A model generated the notes under the pieces. The model saw only the letters and a program-made list of their open reading frames with translations, did no database searches and was not told the DNA's origin. Shown piece by piece: positions 9,878-20,385 of a stretch of DNA of 64,000 bases (the first letter of the stretch is position 1; each line of letters opens with the position of its first letter). A program made the position numbers and the translations under genes. The DNA is from Candidatus Falkowbacteria bacterium (GTDB lineage: Bacteria > Patescibacteriota > Patescibacteriia > Patescibacteriales > UBA12465), in contig JAPLVZ010000004.1 of NCBI GenBank assembly GCA_026396805.1, positions 13,601-77,600 on the forward strand, written 5' to 3'.

Positions 9878-9913
9878 AAGATAAGATATTTATAAACTCT
9901 GAATTTACAATAT

Positions 9914-12553
9914 ATGTTCAATAAATTCACGGAAAAATCGCAGGAAGCCATCATTAATTCCCAGATTATCGCCTCCACTTACGGCCAGGCGAATATTGAG
10001 GCGCTCCACATCTTATTGGCCCTCTTGGAGCAGAGTGAAAGCCTGACCAAGCCGATCTTGGAAAAAATGAAGATTGACCCGGAGATTATCGAGGAATACG
10101 TCATTAAGGAAATTAAAAAACTGCCGCGCGTAAAAACCAATCCTAATAACGGTCCGATCCAAGCCGTTTCCGGTACGGCCGAAACCGCTTTGATCATGGA
10201 GCGCGCCCAAAAAGAAGCCGACGGCATGAGCGATGAATTCATTTCTACCGAACATATCTTCTTGGCGCTGATCGGCATTCCCTCTCCGGCCCAGAAAATC
10301 CTTTTGAATTTTAAGGTGGAATACGAAAACGTTAAAAATATTTTAAAAGAACTCCGGGCCGGACAGACCATTACCGACCAATTTCCGGAAAATAAATACA
10401 AAGTCTTGGAAAAATACACGACTAATCTGACTGAACTGGCGCGTCAGGAAAAGCTGGATCCGGTCGTCGGCCGCGACCAGGAAATCCGCCGCATCATGCA
10501 AGTCTTATTGCGCCGGACCAAGAACAATCCGGTTCTTATCGGTGAAGCCGGAACCGGAAAAACTGCCATCGTTGAAGGTCTGGCCCAGCGCATCATTACC
10601 GGCGATGTCCCGGAAAATTTAAAAAATAAAGAAATTATTACTCTGGATTTAGGCGCGCTGGTCGCGGGCGCTAAATTCCGCGGCGAATTTGAAGACCGGC
10701 TTAAAGCCGTCTTAAAAGAAGTAAAATCGCAAAGCGGCCGCACCATCTTGTTCATTGACGAACTGCATACTATTATCGGCGCCGGCGCTTCCGAGGGTTC
10801 GATGGACGCTTCCAATATGTTAAAACCGGCCTTAGCGCGCGGCGAACTCCGCACTATCGGGGCGACCACGACCAAGGAATATCAGAAATATATTGAGCGC
10901 GACGCGGCTTTAGAGCGCCGTTTCCAACCGATTCTCGTAAACGAACCGAGCGTTGAAGATACTGTCAGCATGTTGCGCGGCTTGAAAGAAAAATATGAAG
11001 TTCATCATGGCGTTCGCATTACCGATAACGCGCTGATCGCCGCCGCTAAATTATCCAACCGTTATATCAGCGACCGCTATCTGCCCGATAAGGCCGTTGA
11101 CCTGATTGATGAAGCGACTTCGTCCTTGCGCATGGAAATAGATTCCATGCCGGATGAATTGGATCAATTAAAAAGAAAGATAAATCAACTAGAATTAAAC
11201 AAGGCCGGTTTGATGACAACCGACAAGAAATCGCCGAGACTGCGGACTCTTAACGCCGAGTTGGCGAAACTGAAAGAAAAGGCCGACCAATTGGAACTGC
11301 ATTGGAATAATGAAAAAGGCATCATCTCCCAAATTCGCGATTCCAAAAAAGAAATTGAAGAATTAAAAATTAAAGCGGAAATCGCCCAGCGCCAAGGCGC
11401 CGACTTGACCGAAGTGGCTAAAATAAAATACGGCTTGATTCCGGAACTGGAAAATAAAGTCAAACAGTCCCAAGAAGAATTAGCCAAGATCCAAAAAAAG
11501 GGCCAGCGAATATTAAAAGAAGAAGTTGATGAAGAAGATGTCGCTAAAGTCGTCGCCCGCTGGACCGGCATTCCGGTTAATCGCATGCTTCAGGATGATA
11601 TTAAAAAATTAAGCGGCGCCGAAAAAGAACTGGCCGAAGAAGTTGTCGGCCAAGAAGAAGCGATTAAAGCCATCGCCAGCGCCCTGCGCCGCAGCCGCGC
11701 CGGCATCAACGAAGAAAAAAAACCGATCGGTTCTTTCTTGTTTGTCGGTCCGACCGGCGTCGGCAAAACCGAACTGGCCAAAACTTTAGCCCGTTTCATG
11801 TTTGACGATGAGAAAGCTCTCATCCGCTTAGACATGAGCGAATTTATGGAAAAGCATAGCGTCGCCAAGCTAATCGGCTCGCCTCCGGGCTATATCGGCT
11901 ATGACGAAGGCGGCCAGCTGACCGACAAGGTCCGTCGCCATCCTTATAGCGTCGTCTTATTTGACGAGATTGAAAAAGCCCATCCAGATATGTTTAATAT
12001 GCTCTTGCAGATATTAGATGACGGCCGCCTCACCGATTCTAAAGGCCGGGTGATTAATTTTAAAAACACGATTGTCATCATGACTTCTAATTTAGGCAAT
12101 GAAATCATCAAGCAATATTCCATCGGTTTCAGCGACACCGGCGACAAGAAACAGGAGACCACGATGCGCAGCGCGGAAATGAAAGAAAAGATCGATAAAA
12201 TTTTGAAAAATCATTTCAAGCTGGAGTTTTTAAACCGCATCGATGAAATCGTCCTCTTCCAGAGCCTAACTCCGGAAGCTTTGGAAAAAATCGTCGAACT
12301 GGAACTGCTGAAAGTTGAAAAACGCTTAAACAATAAAAATATCAGCGTCAAAGTCGGCCCGAAGATAAAAAAGATGCTGGCCGAAAAAGGCTATGACATC
12401 ACTTACGGCGCCCGCCCGCTCAAGCGCATCATCCAAACCATGATTTTAGACGAATTGGCGATGGAAATAATCGAAGGCAAAATCAAAGAAGGTGATAAAG
12501 TCAGGATTGATCTGGGTGAGAAGGAAGCGGTGGTGATGAAGGTTAACGGATAA
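9914..12553 (+). CDS. clpB: ATP-dependent chaperone ClpB
   Basis: Clp-[33 protein letters not shown], long coiled-coil middle domain, [16 protein letters not shown]. Confidence 0.95.
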   Translation: MFNKFTEKSQEAIINSQIIASTYGQANIEALHILLALLEQSESLTKPILEKMKIDPEIIEEYVIKEIKKLPRVKTNPNNGPIQAVSGTAETALIMERAQKEADGMSDEFISTEHIFLALIGIPSPAQKILLNFKVEYENVKNILKELRAGQTITDQFPENKYKVLEKYTTNLTELARQEKLDPVVGRDQEIRRIMQVLLRRTKNNPVLIGEAGTGKTAIVEGLAQRIITGDVPENLKNKEIITLDLGALVAGAKFRGEFEDRLKAVLKEVKSQSGRTILFIDELHTIIGAGASEGSMDASNMLKPALARGELRTIGATTTKEYQKYIERDAALERRFQPILVNEPSVEDTVSMLRGLKEKYEVHHGVRITDNALIAAAKLSNRYISDRYLPDKAVDLIDEATSSLRMEIDSMPDELDQLKRKINQLELNKAGLMTTDKKSPRLRTLNAELAKLKEKADQLELHWNNEKGIISQIRDSKKEIEELKIKAEIAQRQGADLTEVAKIKYGLIPELENKVKQSQEELAKIQKKGQRILKEEVDEEDVAKVVARWTGIPVNRMLQDDIKKLSGAEKELAEEVVGQEEAIKAIASALRRSRAGINEEKKPIGSFLFVGPTGVGKTELAKTLARFMFDDEKALIRLDMSEFMEKHSVAKLIGSPPGYIGYDEGGQLTDKVRRHPYSVVLFDEIEKAHPDMFNMLLQILDDGRLTDSKGRVINFKNTIVIMTSNLGNEIIKQYSIGFSDTGDKKQETTMRSAEMKEKIDKILKNHFKLEFLNRIDEIVLFQSLTPEALEKIVELELLKVEKRLNNKNISVKVGPKIKKMLAEKGYDITYGARPLKRIIQTMILDELAMEIIEGKIKEGDKVRIDLGEKEAVVMKVNG

Positions 12554-12614
12554 AAATTAAGCAACTCAATTATGCTCCGCTAACCCATATCTACCTATTA
12601 GATTGAATTCCCAT

Positions 12615-12641
12615 AAAAATCCCGTCCGCACGGGATTTTTT
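12615..12641 (+). terminator. Intrinsic terminator after clpB
   Basis: AAAAATCCCGT-CCGC-ACGGGATTTTTT hairpin with U tract. Confidence 0.8.
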
Positions 12642-12708
12642 ATAAATATTGCTCTTGAAATAACGATAGTTTTGGAGAAAACGTAAAATTATACTATAAT
12701 GGTTAAAT

Positions 12709-14238
12709 ATGAATTACACTAAACTCATCAAAACAAACTTGATAGGCTTAGGCGCGCTTGTCTTCTGCCTTTTGCCGTTATTAGCGCAGGCGCAGACTGA
12801 TCTCGACCTGGATTTTAATTCTAACCGGATCCTAGAGGATAGTGAAATCCTTAATTATAGTTCCATGGGGCTCTTGGAAATCCAAAATTTTCTCCAGAAC
12901 AAGGGCAGTTATCTGGTTAACTACAGTACTCTAAATACTCACGGCGACATGAAAAGCGCCGCGGAAATAATTTATGACGCGACTCATAATAATTATGATT
13001 GCGAGGGGATAACTTTAAGCGACCAACCGACCGAAGCCGAAAAAAAATCCAAATGCCGACAGATAACAACCATCAACCCGAAATTCCTTTTAATCCTGCT
13101 TCAGAAAGAAGCCAGTTTAGTGACCGATAGCGCCCCACCTCAAGACCATTTGGATTGGGCAACCGGTTATGGCTGTCCGGACAGCTGGGTCTGCAACCCT
13201 TATTACAAAGGTTTTGGTAAGCAAGTTAACAGCGCCTCGCTCCAATTCTTGGATTATATGCAAGACCCGCAAGCTTACAATTTCAAAGTCGGCCAGACTT
13301 ATATCGCCAAAGATAAATATAGTATTCTGAAATCCATGGCCAGGGCGATAAACGACGGCGACTATAATAGTATTATCGCTTCTCCGGAAATGGTCAGTGT
13401 CACTCCGGCTAATCAAGCGACGGCCGCTTTATATAATTACACACCGCACGTCTTCAATGGCAATTATAATATCTATAAGCTGTGGAATACTTATTTCCCG
13501 AAAGTGTCACGCTTATATCCGGACGGTTCCATAATCAAAGCCGATTGGGATCCGCGAGTCTGGTTGATTGCCAACGGCCAGAAACGCCACTTCGCGAATT
13601 GGTCCGCTTTCGTTTCCCGTTTCCGCCCGGAACAAATCGTGACAGTCACCGGCGCTGATTTGGAAAACTATCCGCTCGGGGACGAGATAAAATTCGCTAA
13701 TTATTCTCTCGTCCAGACGCCTGATAAAAAAATCTATCTGCTCGTCGATCAAGAAAAACGGCCGTTCGCCAGTTTAGCCGTTTTCAAAAATATCGGCTTC
13801 AACCCCGAAGAAATTGAGACCGCGACCGTGGCCGACTTAACCGGATATTCGCTTGGCAAAGCCATTACCGCCACCTCCACTTATGTAACCGGCGCTTTGC
13901 TCCAAGATTCCAAAACCGGAGAAATATTTTATGTTGAAAATGGCCGGCGCGCTTTAGTGGACAAAGTTTTATTAAATATTAAATTTATCGGCAAAAAAAT
14001 AATTCTGAAAACCACAACTCAACTGAAAGTTTACGCCACGACCACGCCGATACTTTTAGACGAAGGTACTCTCGTCCGAACCAATACTTATCCGACAGTT
14101 TACTTGATTTCTAACGGCAAGAAGCGCCCTTTTGCCGACGATGCCACTTTTAATAAATTAGGCTATAACCCCCAGAATATTGTTACTGTCTCCTCAAAAT
14201 TCTTATATAATTACGACATGGGCGAAGCCATACAATAA
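12709..14238 (+). CDS. Secreted protein: N-terminal LQKE/GYGCPD domain plus C-terminal surface repeats
   Basis: Signal peptide; INPKFLLILLQKE, ATGYGCPD, NQATAALYNYTPH; repeated GxLxK/R...VYLIxNGxKRxF units. Confidence 0.7.
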   Translation: MNYTKLIKTNLIGLGALVFCLLPLLAQAQTDLDLDFNSNRILEDSEILNYSSMGLLEIQNFLQNKGSYLVNYSTLNTHGDMKSAAEIIYDATHNNYDCEGITLSDQPTEAEKKSKCRQITTINPKFLLILLQKEASLVTDSAPPQDHLDWATGYGCPDSWVCNPYYKGFGKQVNSASLQFLDYMQDPQAYNFKVGQTYIAKDKYSILKSMARAINDGDYNSIIASPEMVSVTPANQATAALYNYTPHVFNGNYNIYKLWNTYFPKVSRLYPDGSIIKADWDPRVWLIANGQKRHFANWSAFVSRFRPEQIVTVTGADLENYPLGDEIKFANYSLVQTPDKKIYLLVDQEKRPFASLAVFKNIGFNPEEIETATVADLTGYSLGKAITATSTYVTGALLQDSKTGEIFYVENGRRALVDKVLLNIKFIGKKIILKTTTQLKVYATTTPILLDEGTLVRTNTYPTVYLISNGKKRPFADDATFNKLGYNPQNIVTVSSKFLYNYDMGEAIQ

Positions 14239-14280
14239 ACTGAACATATTAATAAAAACTTATTAATAAACAGGAACCCT

Positions 14281-14312
14281 AAAAGGTTTTCTCCTCCAAA
14301 GAAAACCTTTTT
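14281..14312 (+). terminator. Intrinsic terminator
   Basis: AAAAGGTTTTCT-loop-AGAAAACCTTTTT. Confidence 0.7.
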
Positions 14313-14415
14313 GAAATTAAAAATGTCTTCTTTCCAGCAATAACTTATTGTTTTTGTCAACTTCCCTAAAATACTAAATAATACTATACTAAAAATACCT
14401 AAAAATCCTAAATTT

Positions 14416-15234
14416 ATGGCTCTAACAACCGTTGCTCTACTCCCCCATTCCCCATTGCTCATCCCGGAAATCGGCCGGGCTAATTATGGTTTCTTGACAA
14501 AGACCGTGGCGGCCTATAAAGAGATAAAGAGCACCCTGAAAGCTAATCCGGTTGATACTATCATAATCGTGTCTCCGCATAGCGCGTCGCAAGCCGATTC
14601 TTTTATTATTAATGTCGCGCCGGAAATGGAAATAAATCTGAAAGATTTCGGCTTTATCCCTCCTAAAACCGTCTTAAGCGGCGACGCTTTCTTGGCCGAT
14701 CAGCTCAAAAACGCGCTCCGTCCGGAATTCCCCTTGCAACTAATCTCCGAAAACGCTTTAGATTATGGCAGCGCCATTCCTCTTTATTTATTAAAGGACG
14801 TTTGCCCGGAAGTAAAAATAATCGTCATTTCCCCGGCCGACAGCTTAAATCTGGAAGATCAATGGCGTTTCGGCGAAAGACTGGAAATAGTCTTAACGGC
14901 CAGTAAAAAAAATATCGCCCTGATCGCTTCGGGCGACCTGTCGCATCGCTTGAAAAAAAAATCTCCGGGAGGCTATTCACCCAAAGGCGCCAAGTTTGAT
15001 AACAAGCTGATAGAATATCTCAGCGATCTAGCCACCGCTTCGGCCAATATCTTGAAGATGGATGCCAAGCTGATTAAAGATGCCGGCGAATGCGGCTTAC
15101 GCCCCTTACTGATTCTTCTCGGAACCATCAACGGTTTAAAGCGGCAGCCGGAAATTCTCTCTTATCAGACCGACTTTGGTATCGGCTATTTGGCCGTGAA
15201 TTTTAAATTATGGACTCCTTCTCAAATATCTTAA
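14416..15234 (+). CDS. LigB/MEMO-family (AmmeMemoRadiSam B-like) protein
   Basis: PHSP, IVSPH, LDYG..IPL, IASGDLSH, FD, ECG motifs. Confidence 0.8.
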   Translation: MALTTVALLPHSPLLIPEIGRANYGFLTKTVAAYKEIKSTLKANPVDTIIIVSPHSASQADSFIINVAPEMEINLKDFGFIPPKTVLSGDAFLADQLKNALRPEFPLQLISENALDYGSAIPLYLLKDVCPEVKIIVISPADSLNLEDQWRFGERLEIVLTASKKNIALIASGDLSHRLKKKSPGGYSPKGAKFDNKLIEYLSDLATASANILKMDAKLIKDAGECGLRPLLILLGTINGLKRQPEILSYQTDFGIGYLAVNFKLWTPSQIS

Positions 15235-15464
15235 AAAACCGCCAGGGCGTCAAACCGATCAAGCCGCCAGCCTATCCTTGGCAGGATCTGGCTCTGCGCG
15301 TCATTTGTGATCTCGGCATCCCCGGTTTTAAACGAGGAGCGGTTTTTAAAGTCTGTAAAATAAAACCGGCCCAACAGATAGCCATCGCTCTTAACGATAC
15401 GAAGGAATTATGCCGGAGCGGGGCGAAATGGAAATATTTTTTCAAAATTATCGATCAAAAATAA
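15210..15464 (+). CDS. Small basic hypothetical protein
   Basis: 84 aa, overlaps the upstream stop in operon-like fashion; PPAYPWQDLAL...WKYFFK. Confidence 0.6.
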   Translation: MDSFSNILKNRQGVKPIKPPAYPWQDLALRVICDLGIPGFKRGAVFKVCKIKPAQQIAIALNDTKELCRSGAKWKYFFKIIDQK

Positions 15465-15530
15465 ATAAATGCTTAAAAATGCTCGAAGCTAATAATCATA
15501 ACCTAAAAAATACCAAAATCTGGTAATCAT

Positions 15531-16031
15531 ATGCCCAAACAACTTCAAATATTAACAAACCCTAACCCGATCTTGCGAAAAATTTCTGACAACATCGGCG
15601 CGGAAGAAATCAGCCGGCAGAATTTCCAAGAACTTTTGGCGGACATGAAGGAAACGATGATAAAAAAAGACGGCGCCGGCCTGGCCGCGCCGCAAATCGG
15701 CCGGAATGTCCGCCTCGTCGTCATCCATCACAACAATAAGATCTATTTTCTGATAAATCCCAAGATAACCAAAAAGTCATGGGCGCGGGAAATAGAAGAA
15801 GAGGGCTGTTTGTCCGTTCTTAATAAGAAGGGAGAAATAATTTACGGACGCGTGGAGCGCCATAAAAAAGTTAATTGCGCTTATCTGGATGGGAAAGGCA
15901 AGGCCAAAAAAATAAGCGCTGATAAAATAATGTCGCGCATCATCCAGCATGAGTTGGACCATTTGGACGGAATCCTGTTCATTGATAAGCTCGTTAAAGA
16001 TAAGTTCACTAAAGATAAGCCCGTTAAGTAA
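15531..16031 (+). CDS. def: Peptide deformylase
   Basis: GAGLAAPQIG, EGCLS, QHELDHLDG. Confidence 0.97.
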   Translation: MPKQLQILTNPNPILRKISDNIGAEEISRQNFQELLADMKETMIKKDGAGLAAPQIGRNVRLVVIHHNNKIYFLINPKITKKSWAREIEEEGCLSVLNKKGEIIYGRVERHKKVNCAYLDGKGKAKKISADKIMSRIIQHELDHLDGILFIDKLVKDKFTKDKPVK

Positions 16032-16038
16032 AAGATAT

Positions 16039-16680
16039 TTAAAGCCCGTTTGGCGGTGTCGCGCCATTTTTATTTTGACGCCATCTCCAGAATTTCCAAG
16101 CCATCCAGACGACGCCGAGAATAAGCAAGCCCCAAGAAATTTCTCGATAATACGCCTGAAGCAAAGCTTGATTGGCGCCGATAAAATAACCCAGGGCCGC
16201 TAAGATGCTTACCCAAATAAAAGAGCCGAGAGCCGTATAAAAAAGAAATGACCAAAAAGGCATGCGACAAAAACCGGCCGGAATAGAAATCAGCTGGCGG
16301 ATGACGGGAATAAGGCGACCGCAGAAAGTGGCGGACTTGGAATTGAGAAGAAAATATTTTTCCGCCCGCTCAATTTTTTCCGGAGTAATTAATAGCAGAC
16401 GAGCGCCGCGCGTCGCGGCCAGCTTATAAACGACCAACCGCCCCAAAGACAAAGCCAAAAAATAATTAATCATCGCTCCGGCCAGACTGCCCAAGACGCC
16501 GGCAATAATAATCAAAATCAGATTCATCTTTCCCTGACTGGCCAGATAAGCGGCCGGAGGAATCACGATTTCCGAAGGAAACGGCAAAAAAGAACTTTCA
16601 ATCGTCATAAGAATCCCGACTCCGAAATAACCGAGCCCTTGCGTGATATTTAATACCCAATTGATTAAGTTTAATAACAT
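16039..16680 (-). CDS. DedA family membrane protein
   Basis: ESSFLPFPSE, GRLIPVIRQLISIPAG. Confidence 0.92.
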   Translation of the reverse strand: MLLNLINWVLNITQGLGYFGVGILMTIESSFLPFPSEIVIPPAAYLASQGKMNLILIIIAGVLGSLAGAMINYFLALSLGRLVVYKLAATRGARLLLITPEKIERAEKYFLLNSKSATFCGRLIPVIRQLISIPAGFCRMPFWSFLFYTALGSFIWVSILAALGYFIGANQALLQAYYREISWGLLILGVVWMAWKFWRWRQNKNGATPPNGL

Positions 16681-16748
16681 AAATTAAGATGCAAATTTAG
16701 AAAGCGTTGATTACCGTATCCTCTTAATATATCATTAATTTTTGCCTT

Positions 16749-17693
16749 ATGTCCATTACCGGCCCCGACAAAAAAATACGCGTTATTTTCATGGGCACGC
16801 CCGAATTTGCCGTGCCCGGGTTGAGCCGTCTGCTGGCCACGCCCGAATTTGAAATCGTCGGCGTTTTTACCCAACCCGATAAACCGGTCGGCCGCAAACA
16901 GATATTAACTCCGTCGCCGATAAAAGAGCTGGCTTTAAAATACCGGTTGCCGTTTTTTCAGCCGGAAAAAATCCGTCCGGAAACAGCCACTATCAAAAAT
17001 TTGAAACCTGATCTGATAGTCGTTATCGCCTATGGAAAAATTATCCCGCCGGAAATTTTAGATATTCCGACCTTTGGTTGTATCAACGTTCACGCTTCCC
17101 TCTTGCCGAAATATCGCGGCGCGGCTTGTCTAAACGCGCCGATTCTAAACGGGGACGCGGCCACCGGCGTTACCATCATGAAAATGGAAGCCGGCCTTGA
17201 CACCGGCCCGATTTTACGGCAAGCTAAAATAAAATTAAGCGGTTCGGAAACTTTAAAAAATGTTCATGACCGACTGGCGGAATTAAGCGCGGAGTTACTT
17301 GTTCCGACCTTACTTGATTTTATCGGCGGGAAAATAAAGCCGCAAATTCAGGACGATACTCAAGCCAGTTATATCAAGACTCTAAGTAAAGAGGACGGGC
17401 GCATTGATTTTCAAAAAAGCGCCGTTGAAATTGAAAGGATGATCAGGGCTTATAATCCTTGGCCCGGGACTTATACAGCCATTAACGGCGAAATTTTGAA
17501 AATAATCGCCGTGGAACACAAAGCGGCGGAGATAAATAAAGTTAAACCGGGACAGCTATTTTTAGACGGCGCCCGCCTGCTCATTCAGTGTGGACAAAAC
17601 GCACTCGTTATATTAAAATTACAGCTAGCCGGAAAAAAAATAATGAACTCGGGCGAGTTCATTAACGGTTATAAGAATCTGATTGAAAAATAG
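16749..17693 (+). CDS. fmt: Methionyl-tRNA formyltransferase
   Basis: IFMGTPEFA, TQPDKPVGR, INVHASLLPKYRGA, LDTGPI, RAYNPWP. Confidence 0.97.
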   Translation: MSITGPDKKIRVIFMGTPEFAVPGLSRLLATPEFEIVGVFTQPDKPVGRKQILTPSPIKELALKYRLPFFQPEKIRPETATIKNLKPDLIVVIAYGKIIPPEILDIPTFGCINVHASLLPKYRGAACLNAPILNGDAATGVTIMKMEAGLDTGPILRQAKIKLSGSETLKNVHDRLAELSAELLVPTLLDFIGGKIKPQIQDDTQASYIKTLSKEDGRIDFQKSAVEIERMIRAYNPWPGTYTAINGEILKIIAVEHKAAEINKVKPGQLFLDGARLLIQCGQNALVILKLQLAGKKIMNSGEFINGYKNLIEK

Positions 17694-17699
17694 TTAAAT

Positions 17700-17771
17700 G
17701 GTCCCTTCGTCTAACGGTTAGGACGCCAGGTTCTCATCCTGGTAACAGGAGTTCGATTCTCCTAGGGACTA
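17700..17771 (+). tRNA. tRNA-Glu(CTC)
   Basis: GGTCCCT/AGGGACT acceptor stem, anticodon arm CCAGG-TTCTCAT-CCTGG, TTCGATT T-loop; CCA not encoded. Confidence 0.93.
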
Positions 17772-17776
17772 CTAAT

Positions 17777-17804
17777 GGGGAACTGGCATGTGCCAGTTCT
17801 CTTT
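17777..17804 (+). terminator. Terminator after tRNA-Glu
   Basis: GGGGAACTGGCA-TG-TGCCAGTTCTC-TTTT inverted repeat. Confidence 0.7.
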
Positions 17805-17846
17805 TGGTTTGTAATATTAGCGACAATTTAAGGGTTCGACTTTCGG

Positions 17847-17889
17847 AAAAATCAAACCCACCTATTAGTTATAAGTGGGTTTGATTTTT
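17847..17889. terminator. Bidirectional terminator at the end of the R-M genes
   Basis: AAAAATCAAACCCAC...GTGGGTTTGATTTTT. Confidence 0.7.
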
Positions 17890-17919
17890 ATTTAGAAGCG
17901 CATTCTTCTTAAAAGTTAA

Positions 17920-18681
17920 TTATGCCAAAATTGTCTTAATAATTTGCAAAATATCATGTTTATGACTATTAGATAAAATACCAAACATTTTCAGCATTTC
18001 TAAAAATACACTGATGTTGTTCTCTGTAATTTCAAAAAAAGCGATTTCTTTTGTCTCGGCAGTTCGCCCAATTAAATTCGGATTCGCTTTTAGTTCTGTA
18101 ATCGGAAAACATAAATATAGCATCGGCTGAGTTCCAACTGCGTATTGTTTTCCGGTAATTTTTATCTCAGTAACTATTTCGTATCCATTAAATTTATGAA
18201 TTAAAAGCGGATATTTAACTTGAGTATATTCGAAATCAAATCCGTTTATGTTTTTTGCTATTGGGTGGCTACGATCAATTTGCAATTCAGAATTGTCATC
18301 AATTAAATCATTACTTTGTATTGAATTAAGATAGACAATAACACCCTCTAATTTTTCCCTGGTAATAACACCCCATTTATAAAAATGCCAAATATATTCT
18401 GACAATTCGTAAAGTGCCTTAGTTTTTCCATTTGCACCAATAAATTCAGTCTCTGGCAGTGATGACTCCGCGAGTTTTTCCGTTTCCTTTTTAACGACAT
18501 CATAACCGATTTGCCATTCAACATAGTTACTCAAAACAAAGCCGTCTCGTTTAACTGCAACTGGCGTTCCGTATTCATTTACAATAGAACGATTTTTAAC
18601 ACGAATTTTCCCACTAACAGCAGTCAATAAAATCGGAACTTCAATTTTGTGCTCCTGCTCTTTAATTAAAATTTTTGGCAT
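17920..18681 (-). CDS. R.PabI-family (HALFPIPE) restriction DNA glycosylase
   Basis: LT..SGKIRVK.R, YVEWQIGYD, YELSE, QPMLY, C-terminal S..HKHD. ATG at 18681 (alternative GTG at 18690). Confidence 0.85.
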   Translation of the reverse strand: MPKILIKEQEHKIEVPILLTAVSGKIRVKNRSIVNEYGTPVAVKRDGFVLSNYVEWQIGYDVVKKETEKLAESSLPETEFIGANGKTKALYELSEYIWHFYKWGVITREKLEGVIVYLNSIQSNDLIDDNSELQIDRSHPIAKNINGFDFEYTQVKYPLLIHKFNGYEIVTEIKITGKQYAVGTQPMLYLCFPITELKANPNLIGRTAETKEIAFFEITENNISVFLEMLKMFGILSNSHKHDILQIIKTILA

Positions 18682-19834
18682 ATTTTTCACCTAGTCTAGT
18701 TCCTAATAATTCTTTAAAATAATTATCTATTTTTAGTTTAGCATTAGGAATTTCTCTAAATTTAAATATATTTTTTAAAACTGGATTTGTATGAACGCTT
18801 TGGGCAATAAAACATTCTTTTATTTTAATAAATTTTTCATTGTCAATTATCACATCACAATTTCCAATAAAATACGGCATTCTGTCCGCATACTGTTTGA
18901 ACACATCTATATAGCAATAATACGGGAGTTTTTCCATTAAAATATAAACCGTATTATAGTTATCAGAATCAATAAAGGTGCGGTTTCTTTTAAGGGCATT
19001 TATGTCTCTTAACGTCCAAAACTTTGCCACTGGCTTATTATTTTGATTCAAATATTTTTTATTTGGATATTTTTGGACATAATTAACAATTGTATCAAAA
19101 TCTTTTAGACGAAAAACTCCGTCATCTTTTACCTTAAATTGATAATCCTGGATATAATCATAAGTCATTCCCTTTTGATCTCTTTTATAAAGAGCAATTA
19201 GAATCGGAAAGGCCATTCCACGAGAGGTAGCAGAAAATTCATGACTGCTAATAATCATTCCGTCGATTAATCTATAGTTTTTTGTGAATTTCGATAACAG
19301 AGCAAAATTTGCTTTCTTAATTAAATAAGACAGGGGGTGCAAAACACAGACATAATCCGCTTGGAGTTTATCATAAGAAAGTAAAAATGACATTCCTAAA
19401 TCACGAGTTTTTATATCAATATCAATTTTATCTTGGACAGAAACATCTTTTATGGAATTGCGAATTATAGAGGTTGTGTCGTTGTATGGCGGATTGCCAA
19501 TGGCTATCAGCTTTTCTTCGTTTTCAATTGATAAGTTTTTTCGACTAACATTTGCAAGCGAATTTTGGCAAATGAAATTTGCACCGTTTAGCTTTCTCTT
19601 CGCCTCAGAAACGGCTTGTTTATCAATATCAGCACCAATTAATCTTTTAGCAATATTCTTTTTTGTTAAAAATGAACCGTAGCCACAAGACGAATCTAAA
19701 ATCGTAAAATCTTTAATGTTTGAAACATTTTTTTGTAAAATAGAATGAGCCAGATCAACGATAATTTCAGGCGTATAATAAGAACCGAGATTAACGGTAT
19801 CTATATGATTTAAATGTTTTTGGTTGATATTCAT
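18662..19834 (-). CDS. N6-adenine DNA methyltransferase (M.PabI-like)
   Basis: LGSYYTP, ILDSSCGYGSF (motif I), IGNPPY (motif IV); overlaps the R gene. Confidence 0.9.
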   Translation of the reverse strand: MNINQKHLNHIDTVNLGSYYTPEIIVDLAHSILQKNVSNIKDFTILDSSCGYGSFLTKKNIAKRLIGADIDKQAVSEAKRKLNGANFICQNSLANVSRKNLSIENEEKLIAIGNPPYNDTTSIIRNSIKDVSVQDKIDIDIKTRDLGMSFLLSYDKLQADYVCVLHPLSYLIKKANFALLSKFTKNYRLIDGMIISSHEFSATSRGMAFPILIALYKRDQKGMTYDYIQDYQFKVKDDGVFRLKDFDTIVNYVQKYPNKKYLNQNNKPVAKFWTLRDINALKRNRTFIDSDNYNTVYILMEKLPYYCYIDVFKQYADRMPYFIGNCDVIIDNEKFIKIKECFIAQSVHTNPVLKNIFKFREIPNAKLKIDNYFKELLGTRLGEKYAKNFN

Positions 19835-19947
19835 AAAATAAATATGGGGGCTTTTATTTTGATTATAGTATAGCAGTTTTTTGAGCCTTAGACAACTTGC
19901 GACACGCCCTCAAATGTGTTATAAATTAAGTAGTTTTATATAAAAAT

Positions 19948-20382
19948 ATGATAAAAAAGCAATCAAAAAATGATAAATTATTATCCGAAGATTTTGTTAA
20001 AAACTCTATTATAAAATGGCTTTCAGCTAATAATTGGGGCCATTTAGAATTCGGCGGACTAAGGGAAAAAGGGGTTGATATTAAGGCCAAACATAATCAA
20101 TACCCTATTTATTATTTTATTGAAACAAAAGGCGAGGGTAAAATAAGACAAGCTGATGAAGTGGCTTTTGTTTATTCGCTTGGGCAAATTATAACCCGAA
20201 TGAAAACCAACAACACCAGAAATAAATATGCTCTCGGACTGCCAGAATCAAGTGCTAAAATAGCTTTACGCCGATTACCGTGGCAAATTTCTAAAAAATT
20301 ACTACTTTATATTTTAGCAGTAGATAAAAAAGGCAAAGTTAAACAATATTCTTGGAAAGAATTAAAAGAAACGAATAAATAA
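19948..20382 (+). CDS. Putative PD-(D/E)XK restriction-endonuclease-fold protein
   Basis: SE..VK, GVDIKA...FIETKG, LGQII.RM pattern. Confidence 0.65.
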   Translation: MIKKQSKNDKLLSEDFVKNSIIKWLSANNWGHLEFGGLREKGVDIKAKHNQYPIYYFIETKGEGKIRQADEVAFVYSLGQIITRMKTNNTRNKYALGLPESSAKIALRRLPWQISKKLLLYILAVDKKGKVKQYSWKELKETNK

Positions 20383-20385
20383 TGT

